Shown in pieces: positions 12,740-25,851 of a stretch of DNA of 64,000 nucleotides. A program made the translations under genes and the position numbers. The notes beneath the pieces were generated by a model, which searched no databases, was not told the DNA's origin, and saw nothing but the letters and a program-made list of their open reading frames with translations. The DNA lies in assembly GCA_016748015.1 (NCBI GenBank), contig JAAOMT010000694.1:248001-312000 (forward strand), in the 5' to 3' direction. Position 1 is the first letter of the stretch. Every line of letters starts with the position of its first letter. This stretch comes from Geosiphon pyriformis uo1 (taxonomy: Eukaryota; Fungi; Glomeromycota).

Positions 12740-14046
12740 ATGACTTCCGACCCAGCAGCACGACCGCTCTCAAAACATTCACAGGATCATTTTACTTATT
12801 CATGGCCTATACGCAGCTTTAATGAACTTGTAAATTTTTATCCAAACGGAGGCTTTGTTCTCAGTGAACGTTTTTGGTCACCACGGCCTCCTTATAACAA
12901 CGATTCAACCACAAAAAACAAAGATTATCCATATTTATGGCGTATCAAATTATATCCGAATGGAGTAAACGATGCAGCAAAAAATCATATCTCCTTATAT
13001 CTTGTAGCAATTCAAACACCCTATGAGAAACAAAATAACATTACATTCCGAGATAAAATGTTTCGATTAGAGGTCTTTCGACTCAACCCTGATCCTTCAT
13101 CTTCATCTTCATCTGCAACTCCCATTTTAATTCGCAATGAAACTTTTACAATGAAATTTGAATTTGAAGGGCTGGATGATTTCGGCCGTCACCGATTTTG
13201 CTCTTTCGATAATTTATTTCCAGGTGGTGATTCATCGACAGATGTGGATTTATTAATAAGAGTGAAAATCTTTAATAACGCAACACCGACGGTTGAAGAG
13301 CCCGTGGAACTGATTGAATCGGAATTTCCTTCTTTCAAACAACATTTGGATGATGGTCGATTCAGTGATATAGAGTTCACGTTCGATTGTGGTTCCAGAA
13401 TCAAAGCACATCGAATAATACTTGCCACAAGATCATCATATTTCGAAAAATTACTTGGAGATAAATGGCGAGAAGGACAGGTATGTTCTCACGAATCGTT
13501 ATATGAAAAAGTTCCATTACAAAAATTTCCAAAAAATGTAATTAAATTCAATCAGTTTTGACTTGTGATGCCTTAGATGAAAACAATCCCAATCAAACAT
13601 ATGGAATACACCACATTTCGATCCATATTATATTATTTATATACTGGAAAACTTGACGAAGGATTGGAGTTTGACGTGTTAAAAGATGTCTATTCAAAAG
13701 CTGATATGTTGAATTTAGAAAAATTGGAAGAGATTGTTGCGGATAGAATTGCTGACATGGTGGACCTAGATAATTGGGATGAGATATTAATGTTGGCATG
13801 GGAAGTCGGTGATACACATCTAAAAGAGGCTGCACTCAATTATGCTGTATCAAAATGGACCGAGATAAGAGATGGGGAAAATATGAAACGTGTAATGGGT
13901 TGTGGTAAGTCTCCTGGATTTTTACCCAAAGCTGTGGTTTTGCTGTCCATTTTTCCTGATTTCTCTTTAAATATTTATTTATAGGGAATATGGATTGGGT
14001 CGAGGAATTGATGTCTGCAGTGTTTCGAAATAAATTTTATTCATGA
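12740..14046 (+). CDS. MATH-BTB (SPOP-like) Cullin-3 adaptor, 3 exons (12740-13480, 13577-13904, 13985-14046)
   Basis: MATH motifs (FTYSWPI, WRIKLYPNG, ISLYL) and BTB motifs (FSDIEF, IKAHRIILATRSSYF, FRSILYYLYTG), then a BACK-like end. The frame is open upstream, so the start is uncertain. Confidence 0.88.
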
Positions 14047-15640
14047 ACATTATAATACAATCGTTTCCCTTTTTCATTACAACATCCAATTACGGGCCAA
14101 ACATTACTCGGCTTACCGTTGTGTACAAATACTAATGATCATAAAATTCTAATGAATATTGTAACCTATAATTCTTAAATAAACAAAACCGTCAACCGAT
14201 TCCGTTTCACAATCTCCTCCGCGGTTTCGGCTTAGGAAACTAAAGATTTGGGATATTATACTTCATCAAATGTAACAACTAGGCACAAAAAGTCAGGGAC
14301 CAACATCTGCCTTTAAGAGAAAACCAGGTTGCCCAGCTTTCTGTTTTGAGCTGTCAAAAATCGCAGTAAAGGTTATTTCATCTTTCCGTGATTTAATCAA
14401 AGATTGCCAATTAAATATCTGGCATCTTCGAGGGTAACGGATGGTTGTGATATAGAAAGGTTGTTGAAAGATCAAAAACAATTGCAAAGACCATTTATTT
14501 TTTTAACATTGACTCGGAGCCTAAGGTTGTCAGATCAAACATGAATATAGGATTTGCGAGATTGAATTGAAGAATGAATACTGAAATTGAAAAATAAAGC
14601 AGATTAATGTCAGGAATGCAAGCCTTCTAATCTCAAAAAGAAATGAACAAAAGGTTTCAAATATTTAAATAGCAGCTTTAGATGCCAATTAATGAACCTC
14701 TAAAGAGGCAGAAGCATGCCGTAAGCGAGGATTTATAGGCAGATATAATTCTTTAGTCTTTTAAATAAAATCTAAAGAAAAAAGAGCGTGAATCTAACCC
14801 AGGAATATCTCACCTTTATTAAAACTTGATAATATACATGATTTGATAAGAACTTGGGTTTTGAGAGGATTAAGAAATTAGTTATTTTGGGTAAATTCAA
14901 AAGAATCGAATGATCGTTATCCAAATAATTCACAATGCTTTCATTCTGCTAATGTTATCAAGAATCCAATTTAAAATAGGTATCAGAGAGGCATTTTTTC
15001 TACACAACGAACAAAAAAACACAAAATGGTTCATGTTTATTGGGTTCAGTTTGAAACAGCCTTAAATTTTGTAATATATTCATCATATAGATATTTTTTT
15101 TACTTGGATTTTGTTGAAATAGCTGGATATATTTTGAAAATTAAAGTTCATACATACCTTTATTTCTTTCCTGTTGGGGATTTTTTCAGGTGGCTTTACC
15201 TAAGGCAATCCACCGCTTATAGGACTGGGAGGTCAAAAGTAATAAATGAGGATAAAGGTTTTATTTTAAGAAGCTGAAAGGCAAAACGAAGACAAAGAAT
15301 CATTGCTCAAGTATTATTTGGGAAAAAAAAAATTACCTGTGATTATATGTGTGTGAGCGATCTACATGATTAGAAGCCATCATAGATTTCATTTTTTTGG
15401 AAGTAAATAATGATTCTGATTACAAGGGGTCTTTTAATGCTTTATATCTTTTAACCATTATTGGCGAAAGTTTTTTCATAAATCACGATTTATCATATTA
15501 ATTGATCCTTAATAAAATCGTCAAACTTTTTCTGTGATGTAAGAAATTAATTATCCAATAAGACAAAATTTCCTCGGGAAAAATTCTCAACAACTGAAAT
15601 CATAATCATCTGTTCTTTATTTAAAATTACGGTTTCTTTT

Positions 15641-18477
15641 TTACGCTTCTAATGTATCAGAAGAATTCCCAACTTCTTGATCAAATTCATCCCGTGCCAG
15701 TTTGCCTTGTCGTAACTTTTTCGCTAATCGTTCTTCTTTCTGAAGTTCCTCCCATTCATCAAGATCATCCTCCTCATCCTCATTTGATTTCTTGGGGTGT
15801 TCAATCTCGTCAGCTTTACGTTTCTTCGCGTAATCTCTTTTCCGTTCCTTTTTCAGGCGTCGTTCCATTTTTCTTTCTTTAGCCATTTTTTTTTGTGACC
15901 ATGGTTTAGATATTTGATTTTGTCGTTTGCTGGATAAGGAATAATAAGAATTTATTAGAAATTTATCTAAGAAAATCTAAAGAACTCGAGAATGATTCGA
16001 AGTTTGTTTACGCGTCTATTGATATACTAGTAGCTAACTTTTCTTTTGCTTTAGTTAATAAATGTTGCCGTTTTTTTTCTCGTGCCTTGTCCGCATATTT
16101 GTATTCATCCATCTGGTAAAGAATTGATTATATATATTAGTGATATGATGAGTAAAGATGCGAAAATTTTCCTGCCATAACTAACATTTAGGTCCAGGTT
16201 CTCAAATTCTACTGGACGGTCCTTTAATTCAGGCATCTTGGGTAACTAAGAGAGGTTAAGATGAAAAAAATTTATTTCAAAGATCAATTGATTTGGATGA
16301 ATTCAAAAATCAATAAATCACCCGTATTAATCCATAACCTTTGGCAACCTTTCCCAGATCTAGATCTTTTAATCGAAAGATAAATGTCGCATCATGCTTT
16401 GAATATGAGCGAACATAAGAAACAAAAGCCTTTGTTCCCTAAGAAAGTTATAAATTATCTATAAGCAGCCGCTGGTAAAGAAGGCTTGCTTAAATTGGAG
16501 CTTTACCTTGTCATAATAGTCCCGATCAGTGGCGACAAGCTGTCGAATTTGGTTTAAAAATATTTCGTTATCTTGATCTACTTTGGGAAGTATTGTTTCC
16601 GAAACACCATCATCTATGTTATCATCTAAAGTACTTTGGAACGAAAGACTATCTGTAAGGAGGTATGGCCGCTTTTGCAAAGGAATCTTTCGAATTTTTA
16701 GAAAATCTAATGAAAAAAAGAAAAAACGGAGGAGGATGATTGCGAAAAATTTTCAATCCGAAAATTTAAGAATTTTTTATTATAGACAAACCTATATAAA
16801 CTTCTTCCCTGCCTCTTCCCAAAAATAGTAGTGCCTTCCCTAATCTTCCTGCTCGAGCCGTCCTTCCGCATCGATGTGCAAATACTTTAGGATCTTGTGG
16901 GGCATCCATTTGTATCACGACATCTACATCAGGAAGATCAAGCCCTCGCGCAGCCACATCCGTGCATAAAAGAAGAGCGGGAGATGTTCGAGGTATATTC
17001 AGAAATGCTTGGTAAGTTGCTTTCAAATGTAATAGAAATTTTAAATTATTATCTAGATCTATTCACAGGATTTTTTTACAAAACAAATATATACCCACCC
17101 GATCGACGTTTGGGTTTCATTTGTCCATGGAGCGAATGGATCAAGAATGATTTGAATTGTGGCATATTTGAAAGAATCTGAGATTTTAAAGGTGAATTAT
17201 TACTTATCTTTTTTATTTAAATTGAGGATTGATTATATACTTTGTAAAAATAATCCACGGAGGCACAAGTAGCAAAATAAATAATATATTTTTTTGCAAT
17301 TTTTTCCGATTTCAAAAAACGCCATAATTGTGAAAGTTTTTGATGTGGTTCGCATACTACGTAACTGATTTCTAATCTTTTTAAAAATTGATTTGGTTAA
17401 TACATGTTCCGATGACAAATAATGATCAAAGAGAAGATTTTAATGGAAAAAATAAGAGATACGTGGATGGGATTCGTTGTTCATCTTTTGAATGAAGATC
17501 TTCAACTTTGACCTTAATCTTCACTGGATTTCTCAATCCTGTTCTTACGATCTCCGTCATTCCATCAGTCATGGTTGCCGAAAACAAACCAGTACGTCTT
17601 TGTCGTGGTAAATACGCAATAATATTGTTCAACGATTGTGAGAATCCCATATCCAACAATCGATCTGCTTCATCAAGTACCAAGATTTCAAATTCTCTAG
17701 TATCAGTTAAACTCCTGACACTATTTCTACCGGCGATCAAATCTTCTAATCTACCCGGTGTCCCGATTACAATATCAGGACCTATTTCTAAAAATCGACT
17801 TTGATCTTCTAATATATTTGATGTCCCACCAATAAATAGAGCGTGGGTAAGAGGTATAGTTGAATCTTTGAGAAAGATGGAAAATACAGATGATATTTGT
17901 AACGCCAATTCTCTTATCCACAATGGATCAAATTACTTTGATTAATAATATGAAATGAAAGCTTGGATCAAAAAAAATCTTGATTATTTGAAGGAAATCT
18001 ATATAATTACCTGGTGGGGGTAATTACTAAAGCACCTAGCTCATTTTTTCGTAAAGGATGTTTACGATGCATCAATTTCTCCAAGATGGGGATCACAAAT
18101 GCAAGTGTTTTCCCAGAACCAGTAACTGCCTAAAATCAACCAGTTCCAAATTTTTGAAAATTTAAAAACACATTCCCGGAATTATTTCGTATCAGTCATT
18201 CTTTCTTGATAACTAATAATAAAATGGTACCTCCACCACAACATCTTTATTTTGCATGAATAAAGGAATAACACTCGATTGTACGGGCGTCATCTCTGTA
18301 AATCCCATAGTCATCAATGTATCTAAACTGCAAAAGAATTAATTTAGATTCAATTTTAGAAAAATTGATGATCCTGTTCAATTGACTTGGATAGATAATA
18401 TAGAAATACATTGATTGACTTAATTTTGGATTTAATGTGGCCCATGAACCGGCAATTTTTGGTGCCATGTATGACAT
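15641..18477 (-). CDS. SPB4: DEAD-box RNA helicase Spb4/DDX55 (60S biogenesis), multi-exon
   Basis: [30 protein letters not shown] and HRCGRTAR motifs. The DDX55-type C-terminus reads [22 protein letters not shown]. Confidence 0.93.
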
Positions 18478-18840
18478 CCTTTATTATCCTTTGAATGAAT
18501 AGAGTAAGGTTTCTCTGGTAAATAAGAATTGCATAACGAATAATATATTTTCACAATCATGATCTTAACTTGATCTTATAAATTAATTTTGATCCATAAT
18601 GATTAGGTAGATCATGTGACATAGAAAAAAAATAAAAATCATACTATGGAAAATTAACCAAACTTCTTCGTTCGGTTGTAAAGGTAAGCGGAGGATTACA
18701 GCAACAAGGTCATGGAACACTCCTCAGTTTTAGAAAACGCTACAAGAATTTCTGTTTAAAAGAGAATACTTGATTTTTTTTATGATAGTTTATTTAATTA
18801 ACGCAAGAGTTTTTTTCTATCAGATAAGGTAGCGAAAAAA

Positions 18841-19546
18841 ATGCTTATTCCCAAGCAAAACCGCAAACTTATCTACGAGAACCTTTTCAAGGGTAAATTA
18901 TCATTATTCAATATTCTTTTCTTGACATTCAAAAATTATCTCAATCATCTTATTCTTCTTGATAAATATTATAAAAAGAGGGTGTCTTGGTAGCCAAGAA
19001 AGATTTCAACGCCCCAAAACACCAAGATATCGATGTTCCAAATTTACAAGTGATCAAAGCTTGTCAAAGTCTTAATTCAAAAGGATTTGTGAACACACAA
19101 TTCTCTTGGCAATATTACTACTATTCCTTGACTAATGAAGGGATAGAATACCTTCGTGAATTTTTACATTTGCCTTCGGAAATCGTTCCAGCTACGTTTA
19201 AGAAACAGGCTCGTCCGGCTGGACGGTCACCACGTGGTAAGTTTAGTTTTTTATTTTTAATGCCAATGATGAAATAGTTTGAGAATCAAGAAGTTGAGAA
19301 AGAGGGTGAATCAAATTCAAAACTCTTTTAAAAAGAGAATATAACTTTGAATCTTTTTATAATTGAATCCCATTCACAGAGGAAGGTGGAAGAGATGGTG
19401 TGTATCGTGCACCTCAAAGAAGTGATCGTGGAGAATACCGTCGTCGTGAGGAGGGTGGGGAAGGTAAAAAAGAAGGAGCTTCTGGTGATTATCGACCGGA
19501 ATTCCGAAGTTCTGGGGGAATTGGTCGTGGTCGTCATCAGGAATAA
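18841..19546 (+). CDS. RPS10: 40S ribosomal protein S10 (eS10), 3 coding exons plus a 5' UTR intron
   Basis: [32 protein letters not shown]...[25 protein letters not shown], with an RG-rich tail. Confidence 0.97.
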
Positions 19547-20475
19547 ACTCCCATCATCAAAACCGAACTAATCACCACTTTACGTATATCCTTATCTTAC
19601 ATATCAACTGACACATGTATGATTGACCATATGATAATGATGTACTAAATCGTATATCTTATTACAAAACCTTAGTGGTAAAGCATAGAGTCGGGAAAGC
19701 TCCAGCAAAATTTTTGACTAAATAGTTAGAAAGAATTCATAATCTGATATTCAAGCCTCAATCCTCCATATTACTCATTAGTTGGAAAAAGGTTAAAGCC
19801 AAGTCTAGAGTTTAAAAGCAATAAAATTAAATTTGAATCAAAAATATTTCATGGAACAAAATAGGATATATCTAAACATAAATATTCTAAATTGATAAAC
19901 CTAAAGTTATGTTAAATAATATATTGACGGACTCTACCTTTTCCAAAATTATATTGCGAGTGAGGCTACACTTAATAAAAGCAAATATCGTATGATGCAT
20001 GCAGCCAAAAATTATTAATATACATATAAATGATCCGATTAAAAGTTATAACGCCCAAGGTTTCCTAGGAGTTGGCATTATTTGTAACAATGACAAATTT
20101 TTCCTTTCTAGTTGGAACCTATAATTTTGACCAATATAAATTGTCTGCCCGATGGTCTTTCAACTATTATTATGTCCTACATAGTACATGTATATACTAT
20201 ATTTTAATGTTATAGTAATTTCTTTAAATTATTATTTTTACTGAAAAAAACCCTTCTTGGACAATTTGCCTGAGGCGTGGACGATGCCTAAATCAGGTTA
20301 AAACGCTCGACCTTGAAGATTGATTCAAGATTACATAAATTAGAACTGAACCACTTTCACTACCAACTATTTTTACCAGTTCTGAAAAAAACATTATTTG
20401 AAATTGAAACTTGAGATCTTGAGTTTTTTCACCGTTTGATATTTGCTAACTTTAAAATATACAAACCCACACAAA

Positions 20476-22067
20476 ATGTTGATAAGACGAAATCTGAGTA
20501 CTTGTTCCCGTTTCCCACGTCAAGCTCAACGACTTGTTTTACGCTCAACGACCGTAGCTCACTCTGTCTCACCTTTGTCTGTATCAGTTCGTCAAGTTCG
20601 TCAAAGACCTACCAATTGTCGTTTCAACTCTTCCTCCTCGAAACCAGCTGTCGACAACGATTCTAACTCTAATACGAATCGAAAATATAAACTGAATCGT
20701 TATTTGGGTATGGCAGCACTCGCTAGCATCAGTGCTTCGATATACTTTTATTTATTAGCAAAAGGAGATAAGGATCTCGAGCCCGAAAAAAAGCAATTAA
20801 TTTTATCCCCGGCTGAAGCTACTGCTAAATTACGTGAAAATCAACTCACCACTCTTCTTAAAAACAAATCCAATAATGGTCTTGTTTGGCGGTATGACAC
20901 AAATCAGGTCGCGTCAAACGATCCGATCGAAGATGCAAAATCTGAAATGATTTTTAAATCAAAAGACGGTGATAAGTTATTTTTTGCTGTATTTGATGGA
21001 CACGGTGGCTGGAATTGCTCTCGATATTTGAGCTCTCACCTGATCGCTTTTGTTAAAAAACATTTGGACCAAGCATATCAATCTGTCGCCGGTCAAGATC
21101 AAAAAAACGATGATTCTCGACAGCAACTAGTTACCAACACAATTCAGAACGCTTTTTTAAGTTTAGATTATGAAATCGTTTTTCGTGCAATAGCCAGACT
21201 TTTGGATGCACTTAAAGATGATAAGACACCCGCAACTGTTGAAGAAAGTGTGGTTACCGCGCTCGCTGGTTCTTGTGCTATAATGGCTTACATTGATGCA
21301 GCAAAAAAAGATTTATATGTTGCATCTACAGGTGATTCTAGAGCTATTATAGGTATTAAAGACCCTGTAACTGGTGACTGGAAAGCATTACCTTTGAGTG
21401 AAGATCAAACAGGACGAAATGAAAATGAAGTTAAAAGATTACAAACTGAACACCCAGATGAAGGGAATATCATTTCTCACGGAAGAGTGTTTGGTGGTTT
21501 AGAACCAACTCGCGCATTTGGAGACGCAAGGTATTTAAAAATCTTTCCTGGGTTTTTTTTGGGGGATTCAAAATTTAACCAGATTTTTCTTACGGAATTA
21601 GATACAAATGGGATAAAATTACTCACGATCGGATACATGAAAAATTATTTGACGAAAAACGTAATATTCCAGGTGGTGAACGCAACAAGACACCACCTTA
21701 TGTCACGGCTAGGCCAGAAGTGGTTTACCACAAAATCGATAAGAATGACAAGTTTTTGGTGTTAGCAACTGATGGACTTTGGGATAAGTTGAGTAATGAT
21801 GAAGTAGCGAAGCTTGTTGGAGGTTTTCTTGATGGACGCCCAGTTGAGCAGAAAATCCAATCTAATGAACAAGAAAATGTATCTAAACCCAAAAAATTCG
21901 CCTATGTTGATGAAAATGCCTCAACACATTTAATACGGAATGCACTGGGAGGAGCAGCTCAAGAACTGTTGTGTTCCCTTTTATCTTTGCCCTCACCAAT
22001 GGCGAGAAGGTTCCGAGACGATATAACCGTGACTGTTGTGTTCTTTAGCGATAGCGAACCATCCTAG
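20476..22067 (+). CDS. PTC5: Mitochondrial PP2C (Ptc5/PDP-like), 2 exons (intron 21531-21601)
   Basis: Arg/Ser-rich presequence plus hydrophobic segment; motifs SNDPIED, VFDGHGG, GDSRA, LEPTRAFGD, LATDGLWD, RDDITV. Confidence 0.88.
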
Positions 22068-22332
22068 TATTACCTTTTTTTAAGACATTTATTCTAATTC
22101 TAATTTAAAACCCTCTCGTCGATCCCTGTCAGATGTTCGGAATACTGGCTAGACATTCTCAACCGTCAACTGAGCAGGTGATTGACGAGGCCCGTGAAGT
22201 CCTTGGGTATATAAGTAGCTGAAATAATTGATAAGTTGGATTCTTTTCGAAAATTTAATACCTCTATCGAACGACTCTTGATATGAGTTAGCACAAGTTT
22301 GGATTTTGGCATAATTATTAATTTGGTATTGA

Positions 22333-24045
22333 TCACAATTCTGATACACGTTTGATCCTTAAATTTTCAAATAACTTGGGTCTTTTTTCAGTTTTCTTTG
22401 CATGTTCTTCAAGTAAACGATTTATGGAATTTTGGCCGGCTTCTTCCTCAGGCCTGCAACATCATAAATTGAATTATATATATAATAAGTATCCGTTCAC
22501 AGAGAAAAGGGAAAATTACCATATGATCGACACCGCTTGTTTTTTCAACATGTTTTCACACGTTGACCAACTGAACCGAAGCAAACGTGGAAAGCCGAAA
22601 ATTGGATCTATATTAGATTTCAACCATTTTACTGTATTGGGATCTAGAAGATGTCCATTGGTCAAAGTGCAAGATCAAGAATATACAATATACTTATGCC
22701 ATTATGAGATTTTCATCACCTGAAGGATAACCGGATCCGAAGTCATGGGATATTTCTTTGTTCAAAAGTTTTTCTTCAAATTCCCATCCTCTTAGAACCA
22801 TATCCCTTGTAACTTTTGCACATATGCTGGCAGCGCTTACGATTGGATATATGGAATCTGCTTTTTTTTCTACGATAATCTCAATCCCGGGAAAATTTCG
22901 TTTGAGCTTGGCTTGATAAGTGTTGGGCGTTCCGACAGTGTCAACATAAATCTGATTAATTAGTTGAGTGAGACTTGATCGACACAATAATATTAAAAAA
23001 TCAAAAAATTTTTCATACCTCCGTAACGTTTACTCCTTGTGCTAATACTTCTCTTATCAAATTAATTGTGGTATCATGCGCTTGGGCATTCAAATTATAT
23101 TTTTCCCTTATATTAAGAAATAGAATGTTTAGAAACATGACAAATGAGTGGAAGTAAATAAAGTACTCCTTACTTTTTCAGCATATCGGAAGATATAGTT
23201 TGCGGACAGAGAACACGAACAGCCCAACCAATAATATCATTTCTAGAAATCACGGTTTTTAGAAGTCGTTCTCTATTTTCTTCTTTAAGAGTTTTAGAAT
23301 CTAAGATATCAAGTTAAAGGAGGGATAATAAACTTAATCACAAATCTCAATCTCAAAATGCTAAAAATCAGATAAAATACCGGAGAAACCAATTTTTTTT
23401 ACAGTCTCATATTCACTTAAGGGACAATAGCATAATCCATATACCATAGGACCTTTATTTTGGAGTAGCGGGGAGACGATTGGCATATACAGAAAAGAAT
23501 AAAAACGTGTGAACATTGGTTTAAATACCTAACCGTTGAATTTGGGACGTTTACTCTCTTTTTCCCCTCCCTTTCTTAAACCCTCCCATGGAAAAAAAGC
23601 TTGAAAAGATTCCACAAGACCAACCAAGAACAGGTCCCCTGCCCGCTTCATCAATGCCTAGAACACAAGGCGGCTGCTCCCAACTTTGCTGTGCTTCTTT
23701 AACATTCTTTGTTGATAACAAGGAAGGTATTTCGGAAAGATAAGTATAGGAACAAGTTACAGGACCTTGTTTAACTGACGGTATTGTGACTAGTGTTGGT
23801 GAGAAAGTGAGAGTTTTTTCTCCCTCTTCTGCCCCTGCCGCCTCTGTCTCTACCTCTACCTCTACCTCTACCTCTACCTCTGCCTCTGTCTCTGTCTCTG
23901 TCTCTGTCTCTGTCTCTGTCTCTGTCTCTGTCTCTGTCTCTGTCTCTGCTTCTGACTCTACTTCTGCTTGTTCTTCAGGGTGGTCTTGTGAATAAGTTTC
24001 GACTTTTTGGATAGTAGGGTCTTCAGAAAAAGCTGTGGTGTCCAT
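22333..24045 (-). CDS. RNH201: Ribonuclease H2 catalytic subunit A, multi-exon
   Basis: Motifs [58 protein letters not shown]. Confidence 0.95.
23838..23970 (-). repeat. Hexamer microsatellite (GAGACA/GAGGTA) encoding (ET)n/(EV)n in the RNase H2A N-terminus
   Basis: TGTCTC and TACCTC tandem arrays in exon 1. Confidence 0.9.
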
Positions 24046-24386
24046 GATTAAAAAGAATTCAACTGGAACATTCAGATATAAGACATTATCAGATCAGTTT
24101 TATTTGAGATCAAAAGGTTTGGGTTAAAAATAAGATTGTATTATTCTGTTGTTATGGTGCAAACCATTTATAATCATCAAAAATGTAGATCAGTCCGAAA
24201 TTTTAAATGACGATCTTCACGTGTTTTTATTTATATAATTAAATTTTATTGGTTAATATACATGTGTTTTTAATATATTATTTATAAGTAAGAAGTTTAT
24301 TAGGCTTTTACAAAAAAATCTGGGTTTTATCTACTTGAACTAATACGTTTCATACATTTTTTGCATCAAAACGAACTCGTTAGAAA

Positions 24387-25070
24387 ATGTACAACACTAA
24401 CAAAAAAGAGCTATTCAAGGTTATGGGCTTTAAGACAACTTCAGTTTTCTCAATCAAGGTAAAGCCAAAGATCTTTCAATTCCAATCTGATTCCCCTAAA
24501 TTAACACCAACTGATGTAAGTTTCTTGATTATTGTGATAAGCTATTATATATCACATTCTAATAAGTTGTTGAAATATTCAACAATCGAAATTCCTTTTA
24601 CAACCTAGGAAACCAATTTTAAAACTAGATCATGATTCGGTCGAATACACGATAGGTATTTTAGTCGTTATATTTCTCTTTGGTATAATTCATCATTCAA
24701 ATATTAAATTTAACCAGAAATCTTTATTACAGGGGATTTCGTATATCTCTTAGATCCAAGCAATTCTTTGAAACGCAACATTATAATCATTGAAAGGTTA
24801 TTTGTGAATTCAAAGTAAGTATCCACATTATAATAACGCAAGGTTACAAATAGAGCGCAAATGACATTCCCAAATTCTCCGGCAATCGCTCATAGTACTT
24901 TTACGATTTCTTTGACGCCTGGTGTAAACAATATTGATATCTGGGTTTCTGTTCCAATAATGACAACCGAATATGGTGGTGGTGTGAATGGAATATTCAT
25001 GGTTAATGGTGCCGTGTCACCAGCAGAAGACACGCAGGCCGAGAGATATTATATCTTTATAAAAAAGTGA
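24387..25070 (+). pseudogene. Collapsed remnant of a BAH-domain (Rsc1/polybromo-like) gene
   Basis: Spliced exons 24609-24655 and 24733-24814 read VEYTIGDFVYLLDPSNSLKRNIIIIERLFVNSK (start of a BAH-like domain), joined to a beta-rich ORF TFTISLTPGVNNIDIWV...ERYYIFIKK*. Confidence 0.5.
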
Positions 25071-25135
25071 CCATCTAAAGATTAGATTAATATTAATTGA
25101 AAGCCTTTCTGAAAATGATAATACTTCGATGATTT

Positions 25136-25460
25136 ATCACGTGGTGACGTGACTTTAGTGATTGCTGATTGGCTAAAATCTGATTGATCGGCATCCGAAA
25201 ATTAAAGATTAATAATAAAAGTGGCTAATTTTAAACTTTAATAACTTTATAAATTATAATATAATTTAAAAAATTAAACCGTAAATGTGAAAGAGAAGAA
25301 CTTAATCTAACATATTTACGGTTTAGTTTTTTAATATTATTAAAATTGGAAGACTAGATACAATTTAAAATTATATAAATTGTTTGATTACTATAAATGA
25401 TCTGCACCATACTCAATACAAAAATATTATTATTAATTAAAATTATTAATTAGCCAATCA
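25136..25460. promoter_or_regulatory. E-box (ATCACGTG) and CCAAT boxes upstream of SDH2
   Basis: ATCACGTG at 25136, TGATTGGCT at ~25167, AGCCAATCA at ~25452. CCAAT-complex control of fungal respiratory genes is established knowledge. Confidence 0.45.
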
Positions 25461-25851
25461 TGTTTTTAATTCAATAATTAGCCAAATTATACAAAATTGT
25501 TGTTTTCCATACTGCGACTTGTAAAAAGGAAGAAAAAACTTGCCTCAAAGGTATCACGCAAACGTACAGCAGCGTATTGGGCGTCCTTCCAAAGCCTGTA
25601 GGCCTCCAATGCGAAACTTCTAGTAAAGTCACTTTGTTGTCGGTGCTGATAGAAACCCAGGGTTTCGCAAAAGTACAAAGGTGTTGATATTCATAATAAA
25701 CCAATTTCAAGATCCCATTAGCAGTAAATATTATAGTTTCATGACATAATGACCAAAATTATCAAGTCGTGATGATCTTTTTATAAATCGAGATTAGTTC
25801 AAAATTATATATTAACTGCTGGATTGTCTACTTTACCCAACTTCTCGAAAA

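Noticed and set aside
14200-15400. Short ORFs between MATH-BTB and SPB4
   Set aside because: No recognisable motifs or consistent exon chain.
25625-25640. U5-like loop (GACTTTACTAGA) on the minus strand
   Set aside because: It lacks the invariant GCCTTTTAC loop and a properly placed Sm site.
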